A stretch of 64,000 nucleotides of DNA. Source: an uncultured Planctomycetaceae bacterium. Lineage in GTDB: Bacteria; Planctomycetota; Planctomycetia; Planctomycetales; Planctomycetaceae. Below, piece after piece: positions 18,346-30,898 of the stretch. Both the position numbers and the translations under genes were made by a program. Location of the stretch: assembly GCA_963813715.1 (NCBI GenBank), contig CAWFAK010000008.1:480001-544000 (forward strand), in the 5' to 3' direction. Every line of letters starts with the position of its first letter. Within the stretch, counting starts at the first letter, position 1. Under the pieces are notes generated by a model. That model was not told where the DNA came from. It saw nothing but the letters and a program-made list of their open reading frames with translations, and did not search any database.

Positions 18346-18812
18346 TTTTCCCCTCCCGGCTCAAAGACCCAGGACGTCAATTTCACTTGCTGAGGGCGCT
18401 GACCCGCTCGCTCGGTCCAGGAGATTTCGATCGAAATCTTCTTGCCGCGTGGCGGACCGGCCTGGTCGGTGACGGCGACGGCCAGTTCCGGATCGCCTAA
18501 GAATCGTTTTGTCTCGGCCGGGAGCTGCAGGTCTCGGACCGATTGGGACGTCATCGACGACCAGGGCCGTGCGTTGATCCGGTCGAGCAGCGTCGTGGCC
18601 GCTTCGAGCGCGCAGCGCTTTTTGATCGCGACACGATGCAGACTGGCCGACCACTGCACCAAGAGCGCGGACGTCGTCACAACCACGCCAAGCACCGCGG
18701 TCGCCGCCATCATCTCGAAGATCGTGAATCCCCGCCGCCGCGAGGGCCGCACGCGGGGTCCGCGTTCGTTCGGACGCTTGATCTTATCAACGGTTACCGC
18801 TACGGCTCTCAC
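18342..18812 (-). CDS. Prepilin-type N-terminal cleavage/methylation protein (GspI/PilV-like)
   Basis: RRG-FTIFEMMAA; C-terminal ISIEISW. Confidence 0.8.
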   Translation of the reverse strand: MRAVAVTVDKIKRPNERGPRVRPSRRRGFTIFEMMAATAVLGVVVTTSALLVQWSASLHRVAIKKRCALEAATTLLDRINARPWSSMTSQSVRDLQLPAETKRFLGDPELAVAVTDQAGPPRGKKISIEISWTERAGQRPQQVKLTSWVFEPGGEK

Positions 18813-18825
18813 AACTTCGCCTGCC

Positions 18826-20319
18826 TCACAACTTTACCTGAATCAGGTGGACGATCGGATAAAAGATGCCAACGCAAATCACGAGGACCAAGAGGCCGAT
18901 GCCCGTGATCACGGCCGGCTGCACCGTCTCGATAACCGATTCCAAAAACGTGCGGTGCCGCCGGTCGATGTTGTCGGCGATCGCGTCGAGCACCCAGGGC
19001 AGATTGCCGGCACGCTCGGCGCAGGCCAGGGCATCGGCCTCGCGGCCGCTCAACAGGCCGGTATCAGCCAGCGGCTGAAAACTGTGATGCCCGCGGACAA
19101 TCTGCTCGCGGAGCCGGCGCAGGCGCCGGCGAATCCCGCGGTGCGGATGATGGACCTCGAGCGACTCGATGCCGTACGACAGCGGTTGGTGGCAGGTCAC
19201 CGTTTGCGCCAAGCTCCGCAGCACGCCCGGCGTTTCGAGTCGTGGGTAGAAGAAACTGGCCAGACCTGTATTGACCCCGGCCCAGCCGCCGCGGCGAATC
19301 ACCACGACCAATCCCCAAGCGATCAGGGCCAGAAACGCGGCCAAGAACACGTACCAATAGGCCGCGGCGGCGTCGACCAGGGTCAGCATCAGTCGCGTCG
19401 GGCCGGGCACGGGGGCATCGAAATCGTGAAAGATTCGCATGAAGCGGGGGACGATCCAGTACAACAAAAAGGCGATCAGGCCCGCGCTCAGCAGGAAAAA
19501 GCAGGTGACGTAGAACGTCAGACCGGCCATGGAGAAGCGGCCCTGTAGCCGCTCCTCTTCGCGACGGCGAAATCGCATCGCTTCCTGGTTGGCAATCTCC
19601 GCGACGTTTCCGAGATCCTCGGCCAGCCGCAGCGCGGTGACCGTTTGCGGCGGCGTGAGCCCGGGAATCGAACGCAAAGCCTCGGAGAGTCGGTCACCCC
19701 GCCGTAAGCGGTTGGCCAACTCACGCAGTCTGCGGCGAAAACGCCCGCGCGACGCATCGGCCAGCGCCTCGCACTCTTCGGCCAGTGGCGTCTGTGTCCG
19801 CATGGCGACGGCCAGAATCAGCAACAAGCTCTCCTGCTGTACGCGGATCGTGCCTCCGAACAGGGCCGCCGCCAGGAAGTAGATTCCCGCCAACGGGCTG
19901 AGCGGCATCAGTGTCAGCGTCCAGCCGAAAAACCGCAGCAGGCCGACGCGGTACTCGAGGCGCCGCTGTTCGTCGATTGGAGGAGGGAACAACAGGGAGG
20001 TGCCGACGCGTGACTGCAGCCAGCCACCGCTCACGATCAACAGCGAGTAGATCAGCCCGGCCGTGTAACCGATGAACCGCCAAAAGTCGAAAGCAGGCGT
20101 CGCGGTGAGATAGAACGGCGCCCCCAAAACGCAGACAAAGCCCCACAAACCGACGGCCACGCCGCCCCGCCCAATCACTCGGAGCAGGGCATCGATCGCG
20201 CGGCTGCCGGCGTTCATGTGCCGGTTCGAGGCGATCGAAGCCGTCACCAACATGGCAACCCCCAGGCAGAGCTGGAGGCACAGCACCGAATAAACGACAG
20301 CCGCAACTTTTACCATCAC
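18826..20319 (-). CDS. Type II secretion F / PilC family protein with extra N-terminal TM helices
   Basis: LRRGDRLSEAL, IVPRFMRIFHDF..P.P.PT, AERAGNLPWVL, QPAVI...IFYPI. Confidence 0.85.
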   Translation of the reverse strand: MMVKVAAVVYSVLCLQLCLGVAMLVTASIASNRHMNAGSRAIDALLRVIGRGGVAVGLWGFVCVLGAPFYLTATPAFDFWRFIGYTAGLIYSLLIVSGGWLQSRVGTSLLFPPPIDEQRRLEYRVGLLRFFGWTLTLMPLSPLAGIYFLAAALFGGTIRVQQESLLLILAVAMRTQTPLAEECEALADASRGRFRRRLRELANRLRRGDRLSEALRSIPGLTPPQTVTALRLAEDLGNVAEIANQEAMRFRRREEERLQGRFSMAGLTFYVTCFFLLSAGLIAFLLYWIVPRFMRIFHDFDAPVPGPTRLMLTLVDAAAAYWYVFLAAFLALIAWGLVVVIRRGGWAGVNTGLASFFYPRLETPGVLRSLAQTVTCHQPLSYGIESLEVHHPHRGIRRRLRRLREQIVRGHHSFQPLADTGLLSGREADALACAERAGNLPWVLDAIADNIDRRHRTFLESVIETVQPAVITGIGLLVLVICVGIFYPIVHLIQVKL

Positions 20320-20332
20320 GTCGTAACTTCGA

Positions 20333-21653
20333 TCAGAGCATCGAATAGATCAATTGGACCATTGGGTAGAGCAGTGCCGCCATGAACAGCCCGGTTCCGC
20401 CCAAAACGCCGACCACCACCAACGGCTCGATCAGGATTCCCGACAGCGTAATTTGCAGCCGAGCCTGGTTTTCGTAGATGCGGGCCGACGCCCGCAATGC
20501 GTCGACGAATGTCCGGCCGCGGTCTTTCCAGTGGAAGACGTGCACGAGCTGCGGCGAGATGGTCGCCAGCCGGCGGAAGAGCTCGGTATCGTCGCCGCCC
20601 CGTTCGAGGCACTGAGCCAGCGCCTCGAACCGCTCATCCAGGTCTGCGTCGCCGGTGCCGCGGGCCGCCAGGCGGATTCCCTCGGCCAGCGGCAATTGAC
20701 CGGAGACGAACATCGCCAGCAACTCGCAGAACGCAGCCAAACCCGAGCAGCGGAACATCATGCCGATGAAGGGAATGCCCGCCAGGCAGCGATGCAACAG
20801 CACTTTGCCGCCGAACGCATAGAGCAAGAGCGGCACGCCCGCGATCACCGTTAGCAGGCCGGCCAAAATCCAGTAGCCGTAAGTCCGCAGCACCGTCGAG
20901 GCGATGTCCAAGAGCTCGATCACCGGAAGATCGTCGACGCTGCCGGTCAAGCCGCCGCTGCTGTAGATCGCGACCATGTCGGGCACGATGAAAATCAGCC
21001 CGCCGACGGCTGCCAGCAATCCGCAGGTGAGCAGCGCGACTGGATAGATCAGTGCAGCGCGGCAGCGGCGACGCAGGTCGATCTGCCGCCGCACGTGATG
21101 CAGAAACCACTCCATGATCTCGCCGAGCCGTCCCGTGCGGATGCCCAGCACGATCAGGCCGCTGATGTGCCCGGGGACCGCCCGGTTCTCGCCGCCGAGG
21201 GCCGTCTCGGGCGGCTCGCCCCGTTCGAGGCGTTGACACAGGTTTTCCATGCTCCGCCGCATGGAGCGCGAAGGAAGTTCCTGGCTCAGTGCACGCAGCC
21301 CGGGAGTTAGCGGCAATTGCGACCGGGTGATTTGCGCGATCCGGCCGGCGAGCGCGGCCGAGATCCTCGGCTCCAATCGGCATCTCGCTTGGTTGATGGG
21401 CCTCTGAGGCCTGCGCATCGGCCGGCTCGAGAATGGTGTGCCAGACGGAATCGGCGGAGACGGCGACCGGCGCCTGCGTGGCGACGGCCACTGCCGGCTG
21501 ACGCGCGGTGACTTCCGTCTGTTCGAGGAGTCGCTCGATTTTCAGTCCTTGCCGGCGGAGCTGGTTGACCGCGTCGATCGACGAGCGCGCTTCGAGCTGC
21601 CCCTCGTGGGAGTCACCCGTCGAATCAGAGGCGAGGTAATGGAATTTGGGCAT
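20333..21653 (-). CDS. Type II secretion F / PilC family protein; frameshift near 21400
   Basis: N-terminus MPKFHYLASDSTG..GQLEARS...LRRQGL; GIRTGRL, ALIYP, LIEPL...LLYPM. Confidence 0.85.
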
Positions 21654-21678
21654 GCCAGGAACCGCGGTCGCGGGCCAA

Positions 21679-22809
21679 TCAGTGATTGGTCCCTGCGATG
21701 ACTTGCATAAACAGATCGCGCATCGGCAGGAACACCATGACGCAATAGAGGGCGACGGCCGAGCCGCCGATGACCACCGTCAGGATCAACGGCGCCGACA
21801 GAGAAAAGAGCTGACGCTGCGAATCGGACCGGCGACGATAAATGTCGGACAACGTCGCCATCACCGCGGCGAGCCCTCCCTGATCGTTGCCCGAGGCCAG
21901 CATCCAGCGGGTAAATGCGGGCAGAGCGACGGCCGTCTGCAACGCCTCGCCGAACGGAACGCCGCGACGCAGGTCGGCGGCAATGCGTCGACATTCGTCG
22001 GCCAGGCGGCGGTTGCCTGTCGCCGTCGAAGCCAACTCCAGCGACACGGGGAGCGGCACTTCCCGGTCGACCAGGATGGCCAGCAGCTGACAGAAGCCGG
22101 CGCTCTGGCTGTCGCGGACAATGCGGCCGACCCACGGCAGCACGTGAATCCTCTCGAGCAGTGCCGCCGACGGTCTGACGAACGGCAACGGAATCACGCC
22201 GGCCGCCAGCAAGACGAACAACACCAGCACCGGCAGGATCGGTCCCCAATAGATCATGGTCCGCGAGAGAAACTCCAACGCCTGCAGCAGTGGTTGCGGC
22301 GTGCCTCCCGACACGGCCACCAGACCGTTGATCCGCGGGACCAGCTCTTTGAGCAGCAAGAGAAAGAAACCGTAAGCGATCGTGAAGAGCAGTACCGGGT
22401 AGACGAGGGCCGCACGGATTTGGTGCTGCATCTCGAGCAGCGTGCGGGCGAAGGCGCCGGCCGAGACCAGCGCGTCGTTCAGGCGATTGGATCGCAGGCC
22501 GGCTTCGACAATCGCCAGATAGGACAGCGGAAACTGCACGCCGCAGTCGTCGAGCGCCTCCCGCACCGAGGACCCGCGCCGGAGTTCTTCGCGGAACCGG
22601 CCCGTGATCTGACGGATGCTCTTGGGCGCGTCCGCGCCGCCCAGGCCGACTTCGATCGGCAGACCGACCCGCACGAGGGCGACGACCTCCTCGTTAAAAG
22701 CAATCAGGTCGGTCAGCGAGATCGGCTTGACGGCCGACGGCCAGCCTGCGGACGGGCCGGAGGGCTCGTCGGCGGGCGGATTGGTTTCAGAGGGCTCAAT
22801 TCCAGACAT
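21679..22809 (-). CDS. Type II secretion F / PilC family protein
   Basis: LVRVGLPIE, YLAIVEAG, AALVYP, GVPFGEAL, VFLPM. Confidence 0.85.
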   Translation of the reverse strand: MSGIEPSETNPPADEPSGPSAGWPSAVKPISLTDLIAFNEEVVALVRVGLPIEVGLGGADAPKSIRQITGRFREELRRGSSVREALDDCGVQFPLSYLAIVEAGLRSNRLNDALVSAGAFARTLLEMQHQIRAALVYPVLLFTIAYGFFLLLLKELVPRINGLVAVSGGTPQPLLQALEFLSRTMIYWGPILPVLVLFVLLAAGVIPLPFVRPSAALLERIHVLPWVGRIVRDSQSAGFCQLLAILVDREVPLPVSLELASTATGNRRLADECRRIAADLRRGVPFGEALQTAVALPAFTRWMLASGNDQGGLAAVMATLSDIYRRRSDSQRQLFSLSAPLILTVVIGGSAVALYCVMVFLPMRDLFMQVIAGTNH

Positions 22810-22927
22810 AGTCTCCCTGTCCCAAAGGACGGGCGAGACCGAAAAATTCGTCTAGAGACGGCCGAAACAGCCGGCAAATCCCCGGCATCGCAGTCCGGAT
22901 TGACATTCGCCCCTCGGGCGCTGGCCC

Positions 22928-23626
22928 TTAGGTATTGTCCGTTTTGACTTCGACCTGCAGGGCGCCGAGCAGCTTGGTCAGCTCGGCCTCTTTGCGGTTC
23001 ACGAAGAAGACATTGTCGAGCACAATGGCCCGCCGCTCATCGCTGGGATGCAGCACCAGCCGGCCTGAGCCGAGCAGCAAGTACTCGATCAGGTCGTTGA
23101 TCTCCTTGTCGATTCGCAGGCTGGGAGCAGCAAACCGCTCCATATTCGCCCAGATACCGTGGTGGTGCAAAAGCTCGTTCGGGCGGACTTCCCAGAAATC
23201 GAATTGCGTGTTCACCCACACGCCGACAAACAGCACACCGAGCATGATGGCAAACAGGAAATAAAACTTGGCGTTGGCGTAGGGAGTGAGCTTCGCCAGC
23301 AGGTGATGCAGCGTGGGCCACCATTCTGGGAATTCGGTAAAGAAGAACCAGCAGGCGATGCCGACCGCGACCATGGCGAAGAAGACCGTCAGCGAGGTTG
23401 TCCGAGGAAAGTCGAAGGCGATCACGCTCAGGTTGATCCCCAGGACCACGAGGAAGATCAACGAGAGCACGTGCTCGCCGCGGCCGTCCGCGTTCCCCGT
23501 CGCGTAGGCGTAAAATCCGGCAATCAGCGCGACGATGAGCGACGGGTAGAGAAAAACGATCTTGGGGTGCGGAACGAGGTAGATGCGTTGCTTCGTATCC
23601 ACCCCCGGCCCGATCATGCTCGACAT
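22928..23626 (-). CDS. Hypothetical membrane protein
   Basis: 232 aa, four hydrophobic helices plus soluble C-terminal domain. Confidence 0.75.
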   Translation of the reverse strand: MSSMIGPGVDTKQRIYLVPHPKIVFLYPSLIVALIAGFYAYATGNADGRGEHVLSLIFLVVLGINLSVIAFDFPRTTSLTVFFAMVAVGIACWFFFTEFPEWWPTLHHLLAKLTPYANAKFYFLFAIMLGVLFVGVWVNTQFDFWEVRPNELLHHHGIWANMERFAAPSLRIDKEINDLIEYLLLGSGRLVLHPSDERRAIVLDNVFFVNRKEAELTKLLGALQVEVKTDNT

Positions 23627-23832
23627 GGTGTTCTCCCTTGGGTTCGTTGCAAATCTAACGACCGGTCGTGCTAGTTTCCACCAATTTCACCGTCGCGGCG
23701 CGCCGGAGCGTACCGAGCGGGACGCCACTGCGAGTCTGTGGCAGCGAAACTGCCGCCGGCTGCGAAACGCTGTGTGAGGCAATTTTCGGGCCGCCGATCC
23801 TTCGCGGTCCCGAAGCAGAGAGTCGAACGGGG

Positions 23833-24786
23833 TCAGGCGACCGAAACCGGCCGCAGCGTTCCGTCCTGATACGCTTCGGGCGCGTCGCCCACGCACTTGA
23901 GCCGCCGCGAGAGGGGAAAATCGTTGTGCACGCCGACACTCATGGCCGCGTGCTGCGTGTCGACCGCCTCCGCCAGGCTTTCGAGCTGGAAGGCCGGCCA
24001 TTTCGTTTCCAGTTTCCGCAGCAGGTCGAGCCCGTGGTAATGCTGCCTCAACTGATCGGGCAGCAGGGCCGAGAGGGCGACGGCAGCGACGGCCGTGCGT
24101 CCCAATTGTGCGTGGGCCAGAATTCGGACGCCGCTGTGCTGATAGAGGATGCAGCAGACCAGCTCGTCGGGCAGGTTCCAGCAATGGGCCAGGCAACCGC
24201 CGGCCAGCGCGTGGTCCCAGCTGAATTGCTTTTGCTCGAACTCGCACAGCGTTGCCGGGTGATTCGCACGGGATTGCACGAAGTCGAGATAACCTTCGAG
24301 CAGGTCGTTGGTGAGCACGGGGAGCAAAAAGTCCTGCAGCAGTCCGCCGGCGAAGGCCACTTCAATGTCGGTCCCCAACAACTTGGCGACTTCCCGGGCG
24401 AAGAGGGCTTTTTGCAGGCAGGCGTTCCAGAACGCGCTTTGATTGATCAGCTTGGACTTGCGGGATCGCAGCGCGGCCTCGGTGCCGGTCGCGAAGACCA
24501 GCATCCGCGAGCGGCGGCGTCCCAAGAGCGACAGCGCCTGCTGCACAGTTTTGGCCTTTTGACGCAGCCCCAGAAACGACGAGTTGACGTACCGCAACAG
24601 CTCGATCGTCAGGCTGGCATCGGTTTCCAGGATTTTGGCAAGCTCTTCGCTCGGCACCGCTTCATCCGTGGAGCGTTGCATGAAGAGCGTGACCGCGTGC
24701 GGCAGCGCCGGCAATTGGATCGTGGGCGGAATCGCCGTCATAGCGAAGCCGCTCAGTCCTTCGGTGCGAATGGCCGCCCAATCCAT
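23833..24786 (-). CDS. HDOD domain protein
   Basis: LPALP, LLRYVNSSFLG, AFAGGLLQD, DHALAGGCLAHCWNLP. Confidence 0.88.
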   Translation of the reverse strand: MDWAAIRTEGLSGFAMTAIPPTIQLPALPHAVTLFMQRSTDEAVPSEELAKILETDASLTIELLRYVNSSFLGLRQKAKTVQQALSLLGRRRSRMLVFATGTEAALRSRKSKLINQSAFWNACLQKALFAREVAKLLGTDIEVAFAGGLLQDFLLPVLTNDLLEGYLDFVQSRANHPATLCEFEQKQFSWDHALAGGCLAHCWNLPDELVCCILYQHSGVRILAHAQLGRTAVAAVALSALLPDQLRQHYHGLDLLRKLETKWPAFQLESLAEAVDTQHAAMSVGVHNDFPLSRRLKCVGDAPEAYQDGTLRPVSVA

Positions 24787-24909
24787 CGCTGTCCCTTTTC
24801 ACTCAGACTCTTCGCCGCCGGCCGTCGATTCTTTGAAAGAAACGCTCGTCCGGACCCTGCGGATCACGACTTTTTTGGAATTACTCAGCCCGGCCGACGA
24901 ACCCCGTTT

Positions 24910-25851
24910 TCAGCCGGGATGACCGACGTACCATTCCACGGTTTGCTTGAGCCCCGTGTGCAGATCGACGGTGGGTGCGTAATTCAGTTCGCGCTGGGCG
25001 GCCGAGATGTCCGCCCACGAGTGCTTCACGTCGCCGGCGCGGGCCGGACCGAACTCGGGATTGAACGGTTTCCCCAACAGCCGACAGATCTCTTCGAGCA
25101 GGTCGAGCACCGACAGCGAGCTGCCGCAGGCGACGTTGTAGACCTTGCCCGACACGCCCGGCGCGGTGGCCGCCCGCAGGTTGGCTTCGACGACGTTCGC
25201 CACATGCGTGAAGTCGCGCGACTGCGAGCCGTCGCCAAAGATCGTCGGCCGCCGCCCTTCCAAAAGCGCGGCGACGAAGAGCGGAATCACGGCCGAATAG
25301 GGGCCTTTCGGATCCTGTCGCGGTCCGAAAACATTGAAATAGCGGAGCCGCACCGTCTCGAGCGGATAACACGCGGCGAACGATTCGCAATACAATTCGC
25401 CGGCCAACTTGGCGGCGGCATAGGGCGAGAGCACCTGCGGCAGCTGACTCTCGGTCTTGGGCATTTGTTCCTGGTTGCCATAGCAACTGCTCGAAGCGGC
25501 GTAAATCACGCGGCGGACGCCCGCGTGTCGGCACGCGTCGAGCAGGGTGACGGTTCCGGTTACGCAGGCCGTGTGAGTCTCCAGCGGCAGCTCGATGCTC
25601 CGCGGGACCGAGGCGAGCGCTGCGTGGTGAAAGATGACTTCGATGCCGCGGACTGCGTCTGCCATCGCACGCGAGTCCGCGATGTCGCCCTTCACGAACT
25701 CGACGCGGCCGGCTGGCAGGTGCGCGAGGTTCTCTTTTTTGCCGGTGCTCAAGTCGTCGACGACGCGGACTGTCTCGCCGCGCTCCACCAGACTCGACAC
25801 CAGGTGCGAGCCGATGAAGCCCGCGCCCCCCGTCACCAGGTACTTCGTCAC
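24910..25851 (-). CDS. NAD-dependent nucleotide-sugar epimerase/dehydratase (extended SDR)
   Basis: [17 protein letters not shown] (YxxxK), [22 protein letters not shown] start at 25851. Confidence 0.93.
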   Translation of the reverse strand: MTKYLVTGGAGFIGSHLVSSLVERGETVRVVDDLSTGKKENLAHLPAGRVEFVKGDIADSRAMADAVRGIEVIFHHAALASVPRSIELPLETHTACVTGTVTLLDACRHAGVRRVIYAASSSCYGNQEQMPKTESQLPQVLSPYAAAKLAGELYCESFAACYPLETVRLRYFNVFGPRQDPKGPYSAVIPLFVAALLEGRRPTIFGDGSQSRDFTHVANVVEANLRAATAPGVSGKVYNVACGSSLSVLDLLEEICRLLGKPFNPEFGPARAGDVKHSWADISAAQRELNYAPTVDLHTGLKQTVEWYVGHPG

Positions 25852-26050
25852 GATAGATTTTCCTCGTTCTGGCTGGAAAAGCCCCCGAGAACTGTAGCAT
25901 TCGCCCGCGAAAAAAGGCCGCTCACGGTTGCAAAAATCGCCGCGATACGGCGCCACGGCGCGCGTTTCGCACGAGGCCGCGGGCGCCGTTAGAGTCGTTT
26001 CGCACGGCCACGTCGGCAAAGCCCGTGCGTCCGGTCCGGCCGCTGCGGGC

Positions 26051-27154
26051 CTATTGGGAACGCCGCTGAACAACGGCCCAGATGAGCCGATGGTCCGACC
26101 CGTTGCCGGTACCGATGCCGCAGGTCGCCACGTTCCAATGGTTGTCGGTCAGGATGTGGTCGATGCGGACCCAGGGAACATCGTTGAGCCAGTGGCGGTG
26201 CGGGCTGCAGGGGGCGGTGTAACCCAACCCCCAGCCGACCTGGTCGAAGGCATTGTCGAATCCCTGCCACGCTTCGCCGTAAATCTCGCTGACGGTCGGC
26301 GTGTTGAAATCGCCAACGACGAGCGCGGGAAGTTGGCGCGGCGTGTTCCGCCCGACGTCGACCCGGCATTCGAGCGCTTCGTCGCGGCGCCATTGCGTGT
26401 ACTTCTCGATGAAGGCCGGTGCGGACCCATCGAGCAGGGTGTGCAACGACAGATCGTTGAAGCCGAAGCGGGCCGTGGTGAGGTGCAGATCGTGCAACAC
26501 GAACGGTCCGCCCGGCGCGTCGACCTCGATGGAGAGTCCTGACAGGCGATCGAAGGGTTTGGACCGGCAGACGCCGATTCGCCTGAGCGGGTATCGCGAG
26601 CCGATCCAATACTCGTCTTCCTGAATCGTGTGCCAGCCCGGAAACGTGGTGGCTAACCGCGGGTCGATCCAGAGCGCTTCCTGCAGTGCGACCACGTCGG
26701 GATTCTTGTCCGTGATTTCGCGGAGGACCAAGTCGAAATCGGGTTCATAGCGCTGGACGTTGCAGCTCACGATCCGCAGTCCGCCGGCTTCATCGACGGG
26801 CAGCACCAGCGGAACGCGGCCGCCCATCAGCGGGAACGCGGCGACCAGCACGCCGGCCAGGTTCACCCACACCATTCGACGATAAGCGAAGAGGGACACG
26901 AGCAAGAAAAATGCGGGGAGGACGAGCAACGCGTGCCGAGGCACAAACGTCAAAATCGTGCCCCACCAGGTTCGTTCGGAGACGAACCATAGGATGCCGG
27001 TTGCCGCCAGGATGCCGGCGAGCGAAAGCCAGGAAACAACGCGGAGCGCCCGCTGAAAGAGGGTCAGTCGTCGCACGGGCGTTTGCGGGGCCGACGGAGC
27101 CGCGAGCGCTCGGCTCGGTCGTCGGCTGGGACATGAATCGGGGCCCTTCGCCAA
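26051..27154 (-). CDS. Endonuclease/exonuclease/phosphatase family membrane protein
   Basis: N-terminal TM helices; [26 protein letters not shown]. Confidence 0.88.
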   Translation of the reverse strand: MAKGPDSCPSRRPSRALAAPSAPQTPVRRLTLFQRALRVVSWLSLAGILAATGILWFVSERTWWGTILTFVPRHALLVLPAFFLLVSLFAYRRMVWVNLAGVLVAAFPLMGGRVPLVLPVDEAGGLRIVSCNVQRYEPDFDLVLREITDKNPDVVALQEALWIDPRLATTFPGWHTIQEDEYWIGSRYPLRRIGVCRSKPFDRLSGLSIEVDAPGGPFVLHDLHLTTARFGFNDLSLHTLLDGSAPAFIEKYTQWRRDEALECRVDVGRNTPRQLPALVVGDFNTPTVSEIYGEAWQGFDNAFDQVGWGLGYTAPCSPHRHWLNDVPWVRIDHILTDNHWNVATCGIGTGNGSDHRLIWAVVQRRSQ

Positions 27155-27296
27155 GTCAGTTACGGTCGGCAGTCGGAGTTGGCAGCCGGTTCGGGCGGGC
27201 TGCGCCTCGGTGACGATAGCTCTTTCATGCGCGCGGCGTCTAGGTTCGCCTGCTCGCGATGGAGCGTCTGGACAGTCAGCAAAGGACTATGGCCCG

Positions 27297-28505
27297 TCAG
27301 CGGACGATTCGCTTCGGCCCGGCGTCGCCCGTTCGCAAGCGCGGCACGCGGGCCGGTTCGGGAACCGGGCAGCCCTGGCCGGGGATCGACTCCCATCCGG
27401 CGTGCGCTAGGCGGACCGACTTGCCGAAGAACCGCGCCGGCACGCAGAGCACCTTCCACCAACGGTCCCCGGTGACGAAGAAGAGCCCCACCAGCGCGGC
27501 CAGGTAAAGCGACTCGTGCACCAGCAACACGTGCAGATAGAACGGGTCGTTCGACAGGCAGGCGTTGCTCACGAAGGCCGCCAGCAGGAACAGCGGGCCG
27601 ACTCGCCGCAGTTGCTTGTGCGTCCACGAGACCCAAAACATCAAAAGCGAACGCGCGTTCAAGTGCGACGACAACTGCTGCAGTCCGCGGCGAAAATCGA
27701 GTCCCTGCTTTTTGCCGGCGCGGTATTCGGCTTCGAACGTCGGCGGCGTTTCTTCGACCGCGATCGCCGTGTCATCGTAGACCAGCCGATAACGGCGGCG
27801 AGACGCCGACTCCTCGTTCGCTGTCGGCGCGGTGGCCGCGTCTTGCGGAGTCGGGCGATAGAGACTGCGGCGGACCGCATAAATGCCGCTGTTGACCCGC
27901 GACAGCGCGCCCAGCCGCGCCTCGGCCCCTTCGATAAAATTCTCGAACTTCCAAAACAGGCCGCTCAGGCTGCGGCCGGTCGTCGGATCGATGGGCAAGT
28001 GCTTGCCGCACACGGCGCCGACGTCGGCCTGCTGAAAGTGCCGGACGAGGCGGCGCAGCGCGTCGGGTCGCATCATCGTGTAGACGTCGGTGAAGACGAC
28101 GATTTCGCCCGTCGCCTTCGACACGCATTCAGTGAGGACGGTGGCCATGCCGAGCCGTTCGGAAAGCTGCACGACCTTCACCCGCGAGTCGTCGAACGAA
28201 CGGGCCAAGAGGGCGGTGAGATCTCCCTCGCCGTCGCAGCCGACCAGGATCTCCAGCCGATCGGGCGGGTAATTGAGGGCCGCCGCGTTCTGCAGGCGAT
28301 CGACGATTAAGCTCTCTTCGCGGCGAGCGGCGATCAACAGCGTCACCCGCGGCCACGAATAGAGCCTCGTGCCGTCCAGCTCGGGAGCGGCCGCTTCATT
28401 GCGGGCCAGCCGCGACGCCAGCGCGATCGCCAGCGGATACACGACAAACGCGTAAAGCGCCAGTCCGAGCGAACTCCACAGGACCACGAGTTCTGCCGAT
28501 TGCAT
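27297..28505 (-). CDS. Glycosyltransferase family 2, membrane-bound
   Basis: [38 protein letters not shown]. Confidence 0.85.
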   Translation of the reverse strand: MQSAELVVLWSSLGLALYAFVVYPLAIALASRLARNEAAAPELDGTRLYSWPRVTLLIAARREESLIVDRLQNAAALNYPPDRLEILVGCDGEGDLTALLARSFDDSRVKVVQLSERLGMATVLTECVSKATGEIVVFTDVYTMMRPDALRRLVRHFQQADVGAVCGKHLPIDPTTGRSLSGLFWKFENFIEGAEARLGALSRVNSGIYAVRRSLYRPTPQDAATAPTANEESASRRRYRLVYDDTAIAVEETPPTFEAEYRAGKKQGLDFRRGLQQLSSHLNARSLLMFWVSWTHKQLRRVGPLFLLAAFVSNACLSNDPFYLHVLLVHESLYLAALVGLFFVTGDRWWKVLCVPARFFGKSVRLAHAGWESIPGQGCPVPEPARVPRLRTGDAGPKRIVR

Positions 28506-28804
28506 CGAGCGTTCCTGCCTTGCCTCGGTCGATCGATTGTTCCGGTCGCAGCGGGGCTGACGCCTGCGCCGCCGACACCCCGATCACTCCGCGCTGTGTC
28601 GGCGGGAAAATGCTGGGGCGACCCGAAAAATATAGGTCAAGGTGCACGCCTGAACGCTTTCCGCGCAAGAAGTTTGCCGCCCCGTGGGAAAAACAGCGTC
28701 ATCCCCGGCAAATCTGCGGGCCGGACGGTGCGAACCCATCAGCGGCTGCGGCGCGCTCGTTGGGGCTCGGGAGACTCGCGAGCACGAAAACAGGCGGGGC
28801 GCGG

Positions 28805-30898
28805 CTACGGTTTGTCTGGCCAGGGGACGCGCTTGCCGCGCGGACTCCGCGAGCGTTGGCGACCGCGGCGGCGTTGCCCCGGCTCCGCGAAGCCGCCCGA
28901 ATCGACGTCGTCCTGCTTCACGGACTGGCCGAGGCGTTTTTTGAGCAGGACGATCTGGTCCCGCAGCTTGGCCGCCCGCTCGAAATCGAGCCCCTCGGCC
29001 GCGCGCAGCATCTCGGCCTCGAGCTCGTTGAGATACTCCTGCGTGACAAACTGCTCGACGTTCGGCTGCCCGACCGCATCCTGCACCACGCGCTGCGCCG
29101 CCACTTCTTCCTCGATGCCGCGACGGATCGCCTTCTTGATCGTTTCCGGCGTGATGCCGTGCTCTTTGTTGTATTCCATCTGCAGCGCTCGGCGGCGGTT
29201 GGTTTCGTCGAGCGCCCGCTGCATGCTCTCGGTCACCTTGTCGGCATAGAGCACAACCTCGGCGTTCACGTTGCGGGCCGAGCGGCCGATCGTCTGGATC
29301 AGGCTCGTCTCACTCCGCAAGAAGCCTTCCTTGTCCGCGTCGAGAATGGCCACGAGCGATACCTCGGGCAGGTCGAGCCCTTCCCGCAGCAGGTTGACGC
29401 CGACCAGCGCGTCGAATTTCTGTTCCCGTAGCTCGCGAAGAACTTTCACCCGCTCGAGCGCGTCGAGCTCCGAGTGCAGCCACTGGCAGCGGACGCCCTC
29501 CTCGATCAGGTACGAGCTCAAGTCTTCCGCCAGCCGCTTGGTGAGCGTGGTGACCAGCACGCGCTCGTTGACGGCCGCCCGTTTTTGGATCTCTTGCAAG
29601 AGATGCGGCACCTGGCCGCGCGCCGGCTCGACCCGGATCATCGGGTCGATCAGGCCGGTCGGTCGAATGACCTGCTCGACGACCTCGCCCTCGCTTTGCT
29701 GCAATTCCCAATCGGCCGGCGTCGCCGAGACGAAGACCGTCTGCCGGCGGCGGGCGTGGAACTCGTCGAACTTGAGCGGCCGGTTGTCGAGCGCCATCGG
29801 CAGGCGGAAACCGTGCTCGACCAGCGTGGTCTTTCGTGAATGGTCGCCAGCGAACATGCCTTTCACCTGCGGCATGGTGGCGTGCGATTCGTCGACGAAG
29901 AGCAAAAAATCGTCGGGGAAAAAGTCCAGGAGCGTGTAGGGGGGCTCGCCCGGTTTGCGGCCCGAGAGTGCCCGGCTGTAGTTCTCGATGCCCGGGCAAA
30001 AGCCGGCTTCGCGCAAGAGCTCCATGTCGTAGCGCGTGCGGGCTCCCAGTCGCTGGGCCTCGAGCAGTTTGCCCTGACTGCGAAAGTCCTCCAGCCGGCC
30101 GTCGAGTTCTCCCTGGATCTCCGTGAGCGCCCGCTCGATGCGGTCCTGCGGCAACACGAAGTGCTTGGCCGGGTAGATGTAGATGTCTTGCAGCCGGCGG
30201 GCCTCCTCGCCGGTGAGCGGATTGATCATCGACACGCCGTCGATCTGGTTGCCCCAGAGCTCGATGCGATAGGCAAACTCTTCATAGGCGGGCCAGCACT
30301 CGATGACGTCGCCGCGGACGCGGAACTTGCCACGGGCCGGATCGAGATCGTTCCGCTCGTAGTGGATGTCGATCAGCTTGTGCAACAGCTCGTCCCGGTC
30401 GACGGTGTCCCCCACGCGGAGCGGGACCATCATCTCCAGGTAGTCCTTGGGCGAGCCCAAGCCGTAAATGCAGCTGACGCTGGCGACGACGATCACGTCT
30501 CGCCGGCTGACGAGGGCGCTCGTGGCCATCAGCCGCAGGCGATCGATCTCCTCGTTGATCGACGCGTCCTTCTCGATATAGATGTCGCGCTGCGGGATGT
30601 AGGCTTCCGGCTGGTAGTAGTCGTAGTAGCTGACGAAATAGGCGACCGCGTTATTGGGGAAGAAGTCCCGAAATTCGGCAAAGAGCTGGGCCGCCAGCGT
30701 TTTATTGTGCGAGAGGACGAGCGTCGGCCGCTGAATCTGGGCGATGACGTTGGCCATCGTGAAGGTCTTGCCCGAGCCGGTGACGCCCAACAGCACCTGG
30801 CTCCGCTTCCCTTCGCGAACGCCGCGGACGAGCGAACGAATGGCCTCGGGCTGATCGCCGGCCGGCTGAAATTCGCTGACAAGCTCAAACTGGGGCAC
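28805..30898 (-). CDS. uvrB: Excinuclease ABC subunit B
   Basis: [38 protein letters not shown]-terminal FERAAKLRD. Confidence 0.98.
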   Translation of the reverse strand: MPQFELVSEFQPAGDQPEAIRSLVRGVREGKRSQVLLGVTGSGKTFTMANVIAQIQRPTLVLSHNKTLAAQLFAEFRDFFPNNAVAYFVSYYDYYQPEAYIPQRDIYIEKDASINEEIDRLRLMATSALVSRRDVIVVASVSCIYGLGSPKDYLEMMVPLRVGDTVDRDELLHKLIDIHYERNDLDPARGKFRVRGDVIECWPAYEEFAYRIELWGNQIDGVSMINPLTGEEARRLQDIYIYPAKHFVLPQDRIERALTEIQGELDGRLEDFRSQGKLLEAQRLGARTRYDMELLREAGFCPGIENYSRALSGRKPGEPPYTLLDFFPDDFLLFVDESHATMPQVKGMFAGDHSRKTTLVEHGFRLPMALDNRPLKFDEFHARRRQTVFVSATPADWELQQSEGEVVEQVIRPTGLIDPMIRVEPARGQVPHLLQEIQKRAAVNERVLVTTLTKRLAEDLSSYLIEEGVRCQWLHSELDALERVKVLRELREQKFDALVGVNLLREGLDLPEVSLVAILDADKEGFLRSETSLIQTIGRSARNVNAEVVLYADKVTESMQRALDETNRRRALQMEYNKEHGITPETIKKAIRRGIEEEVAAQRVVQDAVGQPNVEQFVTQEYLNELEAEMLRAAEGLDFERAAKLRDQIVLLKKRLGQSVKQDDVDSGGFAEPGQRRRGRQRSRSPRGKRVPWPDKP

